IMG/VR virus record: IMGVR_UViG_3300026292_000602
Location: 17,968-81,967 of that record
Length of the DNA stretch: 64,000 nucleotides
Reading direction: 5' to 3' (one strand)
Source of the DNA: a virus
The translations under genes were made by a program, and so were the position numbers. Below the pieces are notes generated by a model that saw only the letters and a program-made list of their open reading frames with translations, had not been told where the DNA came from and did not search any database. This document shows, piece after piece, positions 9,214-17,918 of this stretch (position 1 is the first letter of the stretch; each line of letters starts with the position of its first letter).

Positions 9214-9447
9214 TTACATATTCATTAGTACGACTACTAAAGTTGAAAGTAGTCCAGCTATAATAGTGCCTGTTGCACCTATTATAACTTTTACCATTGA
9301 TTTATTTCCGTTTGTAATATCGGCGTGGATATGCTCTACTTTAGTCTCTATTTTAGAGAGACGAAGTTCTAAATTATTATATCTTTGTTCGCACAAATCA
9401 ACGTGTGCTTCTAAGTTTTCTCGTTCTAAAGTTGTGGCTCTTGCCAT
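9214..9447 (-). CDS. Coiled-coil protein with C-terminal TM helix (XhlA/holin-like)
   Basis: Heptad N-terminus LEAHVDLCEQRY...LSKIETKVE and hydrophobic C-terminus. Confidence 0.5.
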   Translation of the reverse strand: MARATTLERENLEAHVDLCEQRYNNLELRLSKIETKVEHIHADITNGNKSMVKVIIGATGTIIAGLLSTLVVVLMNM

Positions 9448-9554
9448 CTTACACTCTCCATTCCGTTAATTATCGTGGAAGGGGCCTATATTCTAATCGC
9501 CTAAAATAGATGTAATGTTTGCCTTGTGCCTTTGTATTAATATTTATTTAATAC

Positions 9555-10001
9555 CTACGTTTTGTTATCTACTAACTTAAAAATGATATTTCTTGTTGCA
9601 TCATCTTTAGTTCTAAACGCATTATTATTTATCGTAATAGACTCGGTAAGACCAGCAATTACTGGTACTAAATCAAAGTCATCTTTAAGAGCTTCTACAC
9701 TTAAAGCACCTATTTGTTCAATAGTAAATGTGAAATACCACAGTCTTTGTTTACCTGTATATTCACTGCCAAACTCGCCATTAGTAATATCAACGTCTTC
9801 AACACATTTTGGTGAAGCGTCAAAGTATGGGTTTGCTCTCAGGCCTACAACTTGTAAGAAAGTGTTCCAATTTGCTTGTTGGTTGATAGCTTTCCTATCT
9901 TCACTTCTAAATTTGGTTTGTCCTGTTTGAGTTATATCTATTAATGTAGCAATCTCAAAGTTCATACTCATACTTATAGTCATAAAAAAAGGGCGGAACA
10001 A
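9555..10001 (-). CDS. Hypothetical phage protein (true start probably near 9965-9971)
   Basis: TLIDITQTG...NQQANWNTFLQVVGLRANP; the first codons of the listed ORF overlap a terminator. Confidence 0.65.
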   Translation of the reverse strand: MFRPFFMTISMSMNFEIATLIDITQTGQTKFRSEDRKAINQQANWNTFLQVVGLRANPYFDASPKCVEDVDITNGEFGSEYTGKQRLWYFTFTIEQIGALSVEALKDDFDLVPVIAGLTESITINNNAFRTKDDATRNIIFKLVDNKT

Positions 10002-10020
10002 ATAATGAACCGCCCTTTAG
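9984..10020 (-). terminator. Rho-independent terminator
   Basis: Minus strand AAAGGGCGG-loop-CCGCCCTTTTTTT after the 10063-10425 gene. Confidence 0.8.
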
Positions 10021-10062
10021 TGTATTTGTTAACTTAATTAACGTTTACTAATTAACTATGGA

Positions 10063-10425
10063 TTACGCCGCAGTTAAAGTAGTAGCCGCAACTACGTCTG
10101 AACCAGTAACGTCGATGTTGTTTGGTCCTACAGTAGTTCCTAAGTGTCTAACAGCCGCTTGTAAAGAAGCCGCGTCCCACTGAGATGAATCAACTAACAA
10201 TGTAGCCGTTCCAGCATTAGAGTCAGTTACTGACATTCCTAATGTGTTACAAGCCATTGCGATTGCTTCAACTGTTTCGTTAGCCGCGTCGTCTTCAGCT
10301 CTGATATCTTGTGCAGAGTTAGATGCGTTTTGTACTGTTAGTAAGAAAGCGCCGATGTTAGCACTTGTTCTGTATGATCCAACAACGTAGTTGCCGAATC
10401 CGTTTACTCTTGTTATTCCAGCCAT
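10063..10425 (-). CDS. Probable abundant virion structural (head decoration-like) protein
   Basis: A/T/S/V-rich, Lys-free, MAGITRVNG start, strong AGGAG, late promoter and its own terminator. Confidence 0.5.
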   Translation of the reverse strand: MAGITRVNGFGNYVVGSYRTSANIGAFLLTVQNASNSAQDIRAEDDAANETVEAIAMACNTLGMSVTDSNAGTATLLVDSSQWDAASLQAAVRHLGTTVGPNNIDVTGSDVVAATTLTAA

Positions 10426-10512
10426 TTTATTTCTCCTATTTTCTAATGACCAACATACTTTTCTCTTGTATGATGTTACTAGTATTTATAAGATTTGGTA
10501 ATAAAGTGTGGA

Positions 10513-11379
10513 TTAACGTCTTTTTTTAGCTCGATTTTCTAGGGATCGTAGCATTTGAACGTATCCTGGCCCTGCTTTTACTATATTATCTATTATTAGT
10601 ATTGCAGGTAGGTATTGTTTAACAAATGTACTTGGAATACTTTTGCCGTCTTTTGCAAGTTCTAAAAACTTTTTAGTACCTACTAAATTCCTTGCACCAA
10701 CTAAAAATCTATACATAGATAGTTCTTGTCCTGTTACTCCTATGTCTGGACTTGATACTGTTGGCTCGTTGTCTTTAACTGTTGCTGTTTCTAAATCTCT
10801 TTCAGCAACAAGTTCTTCTAGGTAGATAATTATATCACTACTTCTAAGTTTGGCTCTAGTAGCAAGTGCTAATCTAGTTGCTACTTTTTTCTTTTCCATT
10901 GTTGATAGTCTATCAAAGTTGCCTAGGTATCTACGAGTGGCTTTATAGTCTGCATTGGAGATATTTAATGCAGTTTCTATACTCATAAATGTTTCACTAG
11001 GTCTAGATACCATTCCACTTGATAGTGTTGTTAAGTATCTATTGATATTCATTTTTGGTAGTGTAGTTCTACGTGCTATCATTCTAGCACTATCAGGATC
11101 TTTAAGTTTTAGTAGAGCTTCATCATCTCCATTTACAAAGTAAATGAAGTTATGTAAGTCAGTACCATGCATTTGAAAACGTGCATAATTTGTATCTTTA
11201 GTTTTCTTTGCATAAGCTCTCGCATATGGTACATACTTTGGATATTTGCTCAGAAGCTCAAGAACTAATAAAGACAAGTATAGTCTTTCACAGCAATCGT
11301 TATAGGTTAACTTTGCTGTATCCCCCGAGTTACGGGTCATTCTAGCTTCGTATAGCTCTGATAAGAACTCCAGTTCCAC
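10513..11379 (-). CDS. Hypothetical probable virion protein
   Basis: MELEFLSELYE|ARM leader; lies in the late block. Confidence 0.6.
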   Translation of the reverse strand: MELEFLSELYEARMTRNSGDTAKLTYNDCCERLYLSLLVLELLSKYPKYVPYARAYAKKTKDTNYARFQMHGTDLHNFIYFVNGDDEALLKLKDPDSARMIARRTTLPKMNINRYLTTLSSGMVSRPSETFMSIETALNISNADYKATRRYLGNFDRLSTMEKKKVATRLALATRAKLRSSDIIIYLEELVAERDLETATVKDNEPTVSSPDIGVTGQELSMYRFLVGARNLVGTKKFLELAKDGKSIPSTFVKQYLPAILIIDNIVKAGPGYVQMLRSLENRAKKRR

Positions 11380-11390
11380 TTAACTACTCC

Positions 11391-11849
11391 TTATACAAGT
11401 TTAGCTTGATATTGTCCTTCATATGAGCTTTTTGGTTGCTCTTTAGGACTATACATATCAAAGAACTTTGCTTTCATGTCTTCAGGTGTTTTTGCACCTA
11501 ATAAAGCACCTAGTACTTCTTTCTTTTTGTTTACATCATCTGTAAACTTTCTTTTCTGGTCTTGATTATAGTTCGAAGTTAACATAGCCGCGATCATTTT
11601 AGCCTGCCAACCAGTTATTGGAAACTTACCACCGTCTTCAGTTGAAACACTTTTAACTGGGTTAGGATTTCCTTGTGAGTCTATCACTTTGTGAACTTGG
11701 TTAATCATCGATACGTGCTTATCACTATATCCTTTATCTAAATCCCCATCATCTTTATCAGCAGGATCTATTTGTTTCTTTAAAGAATCAATAGCATCTT
11801 GATCTAAGTCATCAGCTTTGATCTCTTTAATAAAATCAGTTGCTTTCAT
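11391..11849 (-). CDS. Hypothetical probable virion protein
   Basis: MKATDFIKE leader. Confidence 0.6.
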   Translation of the reverse strand: MKATDFIKEIKADDLDQDAIDSLKKQIDPADKDDGDLDKGYSDKHVSMINQVHKVIDSQGNPNPVKSVSTEDGGKFPITGWQAKMIAAMLTSNYNQDQKRKFTDDVNKKKEVLGALLGAKTPEDMKAKFFDMYSPKEQPKSSYEGQYQAKLV

Positions 11850-11858
11850 TTTTATCTC

Positions 11859-12983
11859 CTATCGTTGTACTGCTCTGTTAGCCGCACTAAAGCCAGCACG
11901 ATTAACAAATTTAATATCACCATCTGGGTGAGCCAGTACATAGCCTTCCCCACCTGGTTTACTTCCTATTGATGCTTTAACATCAGCAGGTTGATTTTCT
12001 AGTTGAGCAATAATATTATTTTTAGTTTTCATTATACCTTCAACTACTTGCCATAGAGCACCAAAGGCTCTTATGTTCGTTTTAACATACTCAGTCATCT
12101 TAGCTTTCTTCGGAGCCGAAACTGCCGAGTTCTGTAACCATTGCATAAAGTCTTTGCCTAAGTTGTCTAATCCTGTATCTGTTTTACTATTTACATATTG
12201 ATATAAAACATTTGAGAAGTCTGTCATCTTCATACTTCTTAATTGTTCTTTGTTAAGTAATGAATCTATTGCACTTGCATTCTTTGTAACGATTGCACTA
12301 ATTTTGTTTATGCCACTCATATCTACTTGTGGTGGCTCTTGTACAGTGACTGGCGGTAAAACTAATAATTGTTTACCTTGGAATATATCATAATCGGTTA
12401 AAGGTTTTTCACTACCATCTGGGTCAACTATTCTATGAATCACAACCCCAGCTTTACTTACTTGAATACGTTTTCCTATGTCACTGTCGGCTACAACTGT
12501 ATAGGAAACTATATTTGGTTTAAAGGTATATGCTCCGTTACTTAAATCAGGTGTGTTAAAAAATAATAAGTCGCCTTTGAAGTAGCCTCTAAAGTCTTCT
12601 GGTATTGCCTTTTCAAACACAGGAAACACAGATTTCATATTACCTGCAAATGCTTTGTAATCATCTGACTTCTCAGATCCTTTTCCTCTGTTTAATAATA
12701 ATGCTTCTAAGTCATCTCCATTAGTTGCACGGCCATCATAACCTTTTGCAACAAAACCTGACTTGTCTGTAAATACAAATCTTCCTTCATCGTCTCTTCC
12801 AAATATAACTGCTGGAGAGCCGTCCCATTTAACTGTAAGTGATTGTGTGTTACCTTTTGTTAATCCAATGATTGAATCAATAACACGTTTTGCACCTGCA
12901 CTACCTTCCCAAAAGATAACGTCTTCGGCGTGTTGTATACGAGCATCTTCAAATACTGCTTTTCTAAATTCGTATAATCTCAT
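11859..12983 (-). CDS. RNA-ligase-superfamily covalent nucleotidyltransferase (DUF6267-like)
   Basis: TVKWDG (motif I KxDG), FKGDLLF (III), GEGYVL (IV), DIKFV (V); MRLYEF...FE leader. Confidence 0.6.
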   Translation of the reverse strand: MRLYEFRKAVFEDARIQHAEDVIFWEGSAGAKRVIDSIIGLTKGNTQSLTVKWDGSPAVIFGRDDEGRFVFTDKSGFVAKGYDGRATNGDDLEALLLNRGKGSEKSDDYKAFAGNMKSVFPVFEKAIPEDFRGYFKGDLLFFNTPDLSNGAYTFKPNIVSYTVVADSDIGKRIQVSKAGVVIHRIVDPDGSEKPLTDYDIFQGKQLLVLPPVTVQEPPQVDMSGINKISAIVTKNASAIDSLLNKEQLRSMKMTDFSNVLYQYVNSKTDTGLDNLGKDFMQWLQNSAVSAPKKAKMTEYVKTNIRAFGALWQVVEGIMKTKNNIIAQLENQPADVKASIGSKPGGEGYVLAHPDGDIKFVNRAGFSAANRAVQR

Positions 12984-13681
12984 TACGGTAACTTCAATCC
13001 ATCTTTTTCAAAGTAGTCTTTAGCATCTTTAACTAGGTTTTCATAGTTAGGATCTGTTTTAATTTTTGCATTAATAGTTTCAACACTTCTCATATCATCA
13101 GCACTTGCATTGTCACCTAATAAAATTTTAGCTACTTCGTTTGGATCTTTAGTTACAGGCTCGTTAGTAATTCTATCTACTAATCCGTTTGTTGGTGACC
13201 ATTTGTAACCTTGTGCTTTTGCAACAGAGGCTATCATAATCATTCTGTGTTGTCCTTTAAATTCACTGTCAGCCGCACCACGTAAAGCAAACTGCATAAA
13301 TTTAGGATCACCAAACATTAAATCTGTTTGTACAAAGCCATTCTTAGCATCTCCGTTGATAGGTGTTTTAAAGTGTACACTAATACCTGACTTTGCTATC
13401 CAGGCTCTATCATCATCTTTAGGTGCGTTCTTATCTTTCCAGGCTTTTAACTTTCCTACAAGAGCGTCTTTGTTTACTTTCTCTTTATCTACTGCAACGT
13501 CTAAATCACCACTAGTAGGTTTAATACCAGTTGAACCTAGCATAAAGTCTACGTGATTAATTCCTGTGATTTTTTCAAGCCATTTAAGTGTAGGCTCTAC
13601 ATCAGCTTGGTTTATTCGTTGAGTTGCCTCAGCACCATCTGGTCCTTTAAATACGTTACCGCCCTCATTGAGTATCTGCAT
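12983..13681 (-). CDS. DNA-pol-beta-superfamily nucleotidyltransferase
   Basis: LGSTG...SGDLDVAVD (hGS...DxD) and a third acid in VQTDLMF. Likely start MQILNE|GGNVF at 13681 (ORF track starts 13708). Confidence 0.7.
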   Translation of the reverse strand: MQILNEGGNVFKGPDGAEATQRINQADVEPTLKWLEKITGINHVDFMLGSTGIKPTSGDLDVAVDKEKVNKDALVGKLKAWKDKNAPKDDDRAWIAKSGISVHFKTPINGDAKNGFVQTDLMFGDPKFMQFALRGAADSEFKGQHRMIMIASVAKAQGYKWSPTNGLVDRITNEPVTKDPNEVAKILLGDNASADDMRSVETINAKIKTDPNYENLVKDAKDYFEKDGLKLP

Positions 13682-13943
13682 CGCCCTCGTCCTTTTGTTT
13701 AGATTCAATTATTTTGTCTATACCACGTTTAAATTTACGAGGATCGCCACTTCTAATACTATTGATAAAACGTCTTTCAATCTCTTGTGCAGTTTCTGGA
13801 TCATAGCTCTCAGTGATCCTATTTAATAAGTTAATAGCACTTTCAATAATGTTATTTCCAGTAGATTGAATAAGAGCATCATTATTGGTAGTTCTATGAA
13901 TGCTATTCAATTCTTCTAGTATTGATCTTGTACGTTTTCTCAT
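13665..13943 (-). CDS. Hypothetical phage protein
   Basis: 92-aa ORF with a late promoter upstream. Confidence 0.7.
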   Translation of the reverse strand: MRKRTRSILEELNSIHRTTNNDALIQSTGNNIIESAINLLNRITESYDPETAQEIERRFINSIRSGDPRKFKRGIDKIIESKQKDEGDADTQ

Positions 13944-14052
13944 GGCTTTTCGTTCCTTATACTGTATTTAGTGTTATCAAAATAAAAATAACTAACAAAC
14001 CGGTTGACGTAGCTACTAGTATATAGTAATATAAGTAGTATTAGACCTAAAA

Positions 14053-14126
14053 GCGGGTGTAGTATAATGGTATTATGACAGCCTTCCAAGCTGATGATAG
14101 GGGTTCGATTCCCCTCACCCGCTCCA
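14053..14126 (+). tRNA. tRNA-Gly(TCC)
   Basis: GCGGGTG...anticodon loop CT-TCC-AA...GGTTCGATT...CACCCGC-T-CCA; a TTGACG-N17-TAATAT promoter lies upstream at 14004. Confidence 0.95.
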
Positions 14127-14134
14127 TATCCTTT

Positions 14135-14211
14135 GGCAGAGTAGCTCAGGTGGTTAGAGCACCGGACTCATAAGCCGGGGGTCGCAGGTTCGAATCCTGC
14201 CTCTGCTACCA
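14135..14211 (+). tRNA. tRNA-CAT (most likely elongator Met; Ile2 not excluded)
   Basis: GGCAGAG...CT-CAT-AA...GGTTCGAATCC...CTCTGCT-A-CCA. Confidence 0.9.
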
Positions 14212-14213
14212 AT

Positions 14214-14287
14214 GTTACCGTGACAGAGTGGTTATGTAGAGGATTGCAAATCCTTGTACGGTGGTTCGATTCCGCCCGGTAACTCCA
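14214..14287 (+). tRNA. tRNA-Cys(GCA)
   Basis: GTTACCG...TT-GCA-AA...GGTTCGATTCC...CGGTAAC-T-CCA. Confidence 0.95.
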
Positions 14288-14366
14288 TATAACTTTAAGT
14301 TATATTACCTCTTGAAAAATATTATGTGTGCAGATAAATATACTTGCACAAAGGGGGCAAGAGTAT

Positions 14367-14852
14367 ATGGGAAAATTTAATAATAAAATTATGGCAGAGT
14401 TCAATCCGCCTAGAAAATGGGTGTTAGGTCGTGACTTGTCATACACTACAAAGGACCTTACAGTAGACGAAATCAAATCACTACAAGATGTTGGTGTTAA
14501 AGTTAAACGTGAAACTAATAAAACTGAAACTATTACAGTTAAAACAGGTTTTGTTACAGATTTAGCTTCTGTGCCAAGAGCTATGTGGGCCTTTATTGCT
14601 CCATTTGACGTAGCAAGAGCGGCAATTATACATGACTTATTATATAAAACAATAAGACAGTATCGTTGGAAACTTAAAGATAAAGAAGATGCAGACTTAA
14701 TAGCAAGAGCAAAGAAAGCCTCAGATAGAGTTTTTCATTTAGCTATGCTTGATGCAGATCCTAAAGTAGCAGGATGGAAAATTTACTCATCTTGGAAAGC
14801 GGTAGATTTATTTGGGAATAGCTCAATAGTACCTAACAAAGATAATATTTAA
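14367..14852 (+). CDS. DUF1353-family protein
   Basis: VKTGFVTDLASVPR...AAIIHDLLY motif. Confidence 0.8.
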   Translation: MGKFNNKIMAEFNPPRKWVLGRDLSYTTKDLTVDEIKSLQDVGVKVKRETNKTETITVKTGFVTDLASVPRAMWAFIAPFDVARAAIIHDLLYKTIRQYRWKLKDKEDADLIARAKKASDRVFHLAMLDADPKVAGWKIYSSWKAVDLFGNSSIVPNKDNI

Positions 14853-14876
14853 CTTTTAACCACAAGAGGTTCAGTA

Positions 14877-15149
14877 GTGAATGTTTGGTTGGTATTTTAT
14901 TTCTTGATTAATGGCGTTTGGACCCCGGGTGACTTTGCTCAACCAGATGGATGGTCGAGCATGAAGTATGAGTCATTTGAAAAGTGCGAAGAACGTAAAG
15001 TATTTGCACAAGAGAATTTTATTCCAACTTTAGAAAAAGAAATGCAAGGACTAGTTAAAGTTACTTGTCAAACTAATGATCCTAAAATCTTTTGGAAACG
15101 TAAAGTACAAATCCCCCAGTTACCTGCAAGTCTTACCAATTCAGAATAG
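14877..15149 (+). CDS. Small hypothetical protein
   Basis: GTG start, hydrophobic N-terminus, two Cys. Confidence 0.6.
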   Translation: MNVWLVFYFLINGVWTPGDFAQPDGWSSMKYESFEKCEERKVFAQENFIPTLEKEMQGLVKVTCQTNDPKIFWKRKVQIPQLPASLTNSE

Positions 15150-15321
15150 CAAACTTTTGTTTGTTCCAATGTTCTTCAGTAAAGCAACCAAAGGCCTTAT
15201 GATTAGGTTGTAGTTGCTCTGCTATTTTTTTTCCTGTATCACAATCTTCTACTGAACCTATTATAACAGGGTTCTCGTAGTTATATGATAACCAAACGAT
15301 AACAATAAATTTACTTAACAT
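15133..15321 (-). CDS. Small hypothetical protein
   Basis: 62-aa ORF coupled to the upstream small ORF. Confidence 0.5.
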   Translation of the reverse strand: MLSKFIVIVWLSYNYENPVIIGSVEDCDTGKKIAEQLQPNHKAFGCFTEEHWNKQKFAILNW

Positions 15322-15469
15322 TTGGAAAAGGTGCTACAGGTTTAGGTGCGACAACAACTTGTTCATTGTCTTGACCGTCAAAGGATTCAGCTAACCAGTC
15401 GTGTATCTCTACAAATATATTATATGCTAACCAGCCGAATATAACTAATTCTAAACTATAAAGTTTCAT
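15311..15469 (-). CDS. Small membrane protein (52 aa, below ORF-track cutoff)
   Basis: Manual translation MKLYSLELVIFGWLAYNIFVEIHDWLAESF...PNVK*. Confidence 0.55.
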   Translation of the reverse strand: MKLYSLELVIFGWLAYNIFVEIHDWLAESFDGQDNEQVVVAPKPVAPFPNVK

Positions 15470-15784
15470 TTTATACGCCTTTCATAAAAAAAGGAGCCTT
15501 CCCTATTGTGGGTTGGCTCCGAGTTAATATTATAATAATACTATCAATGTATTATAATGTCAACCTATATTTCAGCACAGGCATAAGAATTAATTTCTAA
15601 TCCAATACATACCTCTACGATTTGTGGAGTGTTCCATTGCATCGTATGTCTCCAAGTTAGAAGTTACGTGCCGGTTGTCTAACGACCGCGGTCCACAGTA
15701 CAATAAATGTACTAATAATATATATCTTTTTTAAAATGAACGTCTTATGAACAGAAAGGATATATACTATACAGGAGAAGAAAA

Positions 15785-16378
15785 ATAGTTTTTGCACATT
15801 TATCAACTGTTGCGTTTCTAATTCTTGGCTTTGCATTTGTACGTATGATGACAAGCATAACAAGTTTAATAGCAATCAATAACAGCACTAATAATGAGAA
15901 GGTCACTTTTTACTGGCCACATACATTGTTTTGCTTTATAACAATATTCACGATGATACTATTCTGGTGGACAGCAACACCACTTCAAGATGTAAACTTC
16001 TATCCTGATAGCAACTGGAATCTATTCACATACATATTATTTCTTGCAGTTCCAATGCTTATGTTTCTTATAGCAGAAGTAAGTATACCATATAACCACG
16101 ATAATAAAAGTGTTAACTTACAAGACCATTACTATCAATATCACAAAGTAATACTAGGACTTGCTTGGGTATTACAAATATTCTTAATAGCTAACTTCTT
16201 TGTATTTTATAACGAAGGTGATATAATAAGTGCTAAAGTAATAGGTCGTGTTGCTATGTTAATAATAATGTTACCTATGGTGCTATCTCCTAATAAACAG
16301 GTACACAGAATAGGAATGAGTATATTCTTTCTAGGATTTATATATACTATACTAAAGTATCACGTCTTTATAGCATAA
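15785..16378 (+). CDS. Multi-pass membrane protein; probable ATA start
   Basis: AGGAG at 15773 lies 7 nt before an in-frame ATA at 15785, which adds a TM-like segment ahead of the listed ATG at 15845. Confidence 0.6.
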   Translation: MVFAHLSTVAFLILGFAFVRMMTSITSLIAINNSTNNEKVTFYWPHTLFCFITIFTMILFWWTATPLQDVNFYPDSNWNLFTYILFLAVPMLMFLIAEVSIPYNHDNKSVNLQDHYYQYHKVILGLAWVLQIFLIANFFVFYNEGDIISAKVIGRVAMLIIMLPMVLSPNKQVHRIGMSIFFLGFIYTILKYHVFIA

Positions 16379-16418
16379 GAAAGGGTGCCGATAAACGACA
16401 CCCCGAGATGTTTAACAA

Positions 16419-17483
16419 TTAGAATTGTTTAGCTATTTCTCTCTCTGCTTCTGTGGCAAAGTTTTTATCCCAGTCGTCTAACTTGTCTTTCATAAACTTA
16501 TCAAACAACGGAGGTATTAGTGCAAGTGCAAACAAGGTGAAGTATCCTACTCCTGTGTTTGGTGCACCTACTTCATCTAGTTCCCAGAAGTGAGTTTCTC
16601 CTCTGTCATGATGATCAGCTTGACGACCAATCTCTATAAAGAACCATGAAGTAAACAATGTTGAGTTATCCCAACTGTGTCTATAGTCTATCGGTTGATT
16701 TTTAACACGAATTAAACCATAGTGTTCTAAATAGTTAAGTGCTTCTAACTCAAAGTTTGATATAACCCAAACAAGAGCCACACACGCAACACCTAACCAT
16801 CCGCCTGCATAAAAGAATAATGCAAGTGTTGGTATACTCATAAAGTAACCTCTAATCCATCTGTTACTTAACGTCAGGAAAGGTTTACCTAAACGTTTCA
16901 ATCTAGCTCTTTCCATATCAAACAAGAACTTTGATTGTCCTAGATGTGATTTGACATAGTGTGAATAGATATCGCGTCCACGAGGTGCAGTTGCAGGATC
17001 ATCTTCAGAAGCTAGTTCTAAATGATGATTGTAAACATGAGCATAACAGAAATGTGCTGAACCACTTAACGCCATCATCCAACGACTTATAATAAAGCTA
17101 AAGCCTTTGGTGTGTGATAGTTCATGCCCATAGATTATACCTATGCCTGCAAATATACCTGTTGATAATACAGCACCTAAAAGCTCTGCTCCGTGCATAC
17201 CATTATATATTTGATAAGCTAGAGCAAGTTGAAGTGCTACAAAGACTGGTAACATCAAATACATTACTGCATTTTGTAACCAGGGGATCCCTAAGGTATC
17301 ACCGTTCTCATCAAAACCTACACCACGTGTTTGGTGTGTGATAAGAGTGTCAAGTATAATGCCTGCTCCCAACAAGCCTACACCTGTCCATACCCAAACG
17401 CCTCCTGCTAACACTCCTGCGAGTGTTACTAATATCAACGTTGGTGCTATGAAGTACCTTATGTTTAATAGAAGTTTTCTCAT
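16419..17483 (-). CDS. alkB: Alkane 1-monooxygenase (membrane di-iron hydroxylase)
   Basis: His boxes GHELSH, HVYNHH and QADHH, the AlkB-diagnostic NYLEHYG, DDPATA, HSWD and several TM helices. GGAG precedes the ATG at 17483. Confidence 0.9.
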   Translation of the reverse strand: MRKLLLNIRYFIAPTLILVTLAGVLAGGVWVWTGVGLLGAGIILDTLITHQTRGVGFDENGDTLGIPWLQNAVMYLMLPVFVALQLALAYQIYNGMHGAELLGAVLSTGIFAGIGIIYGHELSHTKGFSFIISRWMMALSGSAHFCYAHVYNHHLELASEDDPATAPRGRDIYSHYVKSHLGQSKFLFDMERARLKRLGKPFLTLSNRWIRGYFMSIPTLALFFYAGGWLGVACVALVWVISNFELEALNYLEHYGLIRVKNQPIDYRHSWDNSTLFTSWFFIEIGRQADHHDRGETHFWELDEVGAPNTGVGYFTLFALALIPPLFDKFMKDKLDDWDKNFATEAEREIAKQF

Positions 17484-17627
17484 TGTGTTCTCCCGGCTCT
17501 TAACCTGTAGTTTCACAATGTATTACTATGTTAGCACAATAACAAATAATGTCAAGTGCATATTATTATTTATATTACCAAAAAGGAAAGTTTGTTCTTA
17601 TAAGGATATTAGCATATTATAATATGC

Positions 17628-17876
17628 TTATGGCTTTAGCCACTTCTTAGATAGTTCGTACCAATACTGTCCACCTTCACGTAAAGCTTCGTTGTCTTTA
17701 CGTAACTTTTCCATTCGACGCATTATAACATCGTGCTGGAATTGTGATAAAGTTTTGTTAGTGGATTGTAGTTTTTCTAAACGTGATAGCACATCGTCAA
17801 TCGAGGGACAGGTTATATCAGGAACCTTAGGAGCCTTCCGCTTAATCTTTTGCCATACCTTTTTTTCGAGTGCCAT
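17628..17876 (-). CDS. Hypothetical protein
   Basis: KAPKVPDITCPSID...MEKLRKDNEALRE; late promoter upstream. Confidence 0.65.
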   Translation of the reverse strand: MALEKKVWQKIKRKAPKVPDITCPSIDDVLSRLEKLQSTNKTLSQFQHDVIMRRMEKLRKDNEALREGGQYWYELSKKWLKP

Positions 17877-17918
17877 TAATATTATTTAAAGGCTTACTTC
17901 GCCAAGTTAAAAAGTAAT

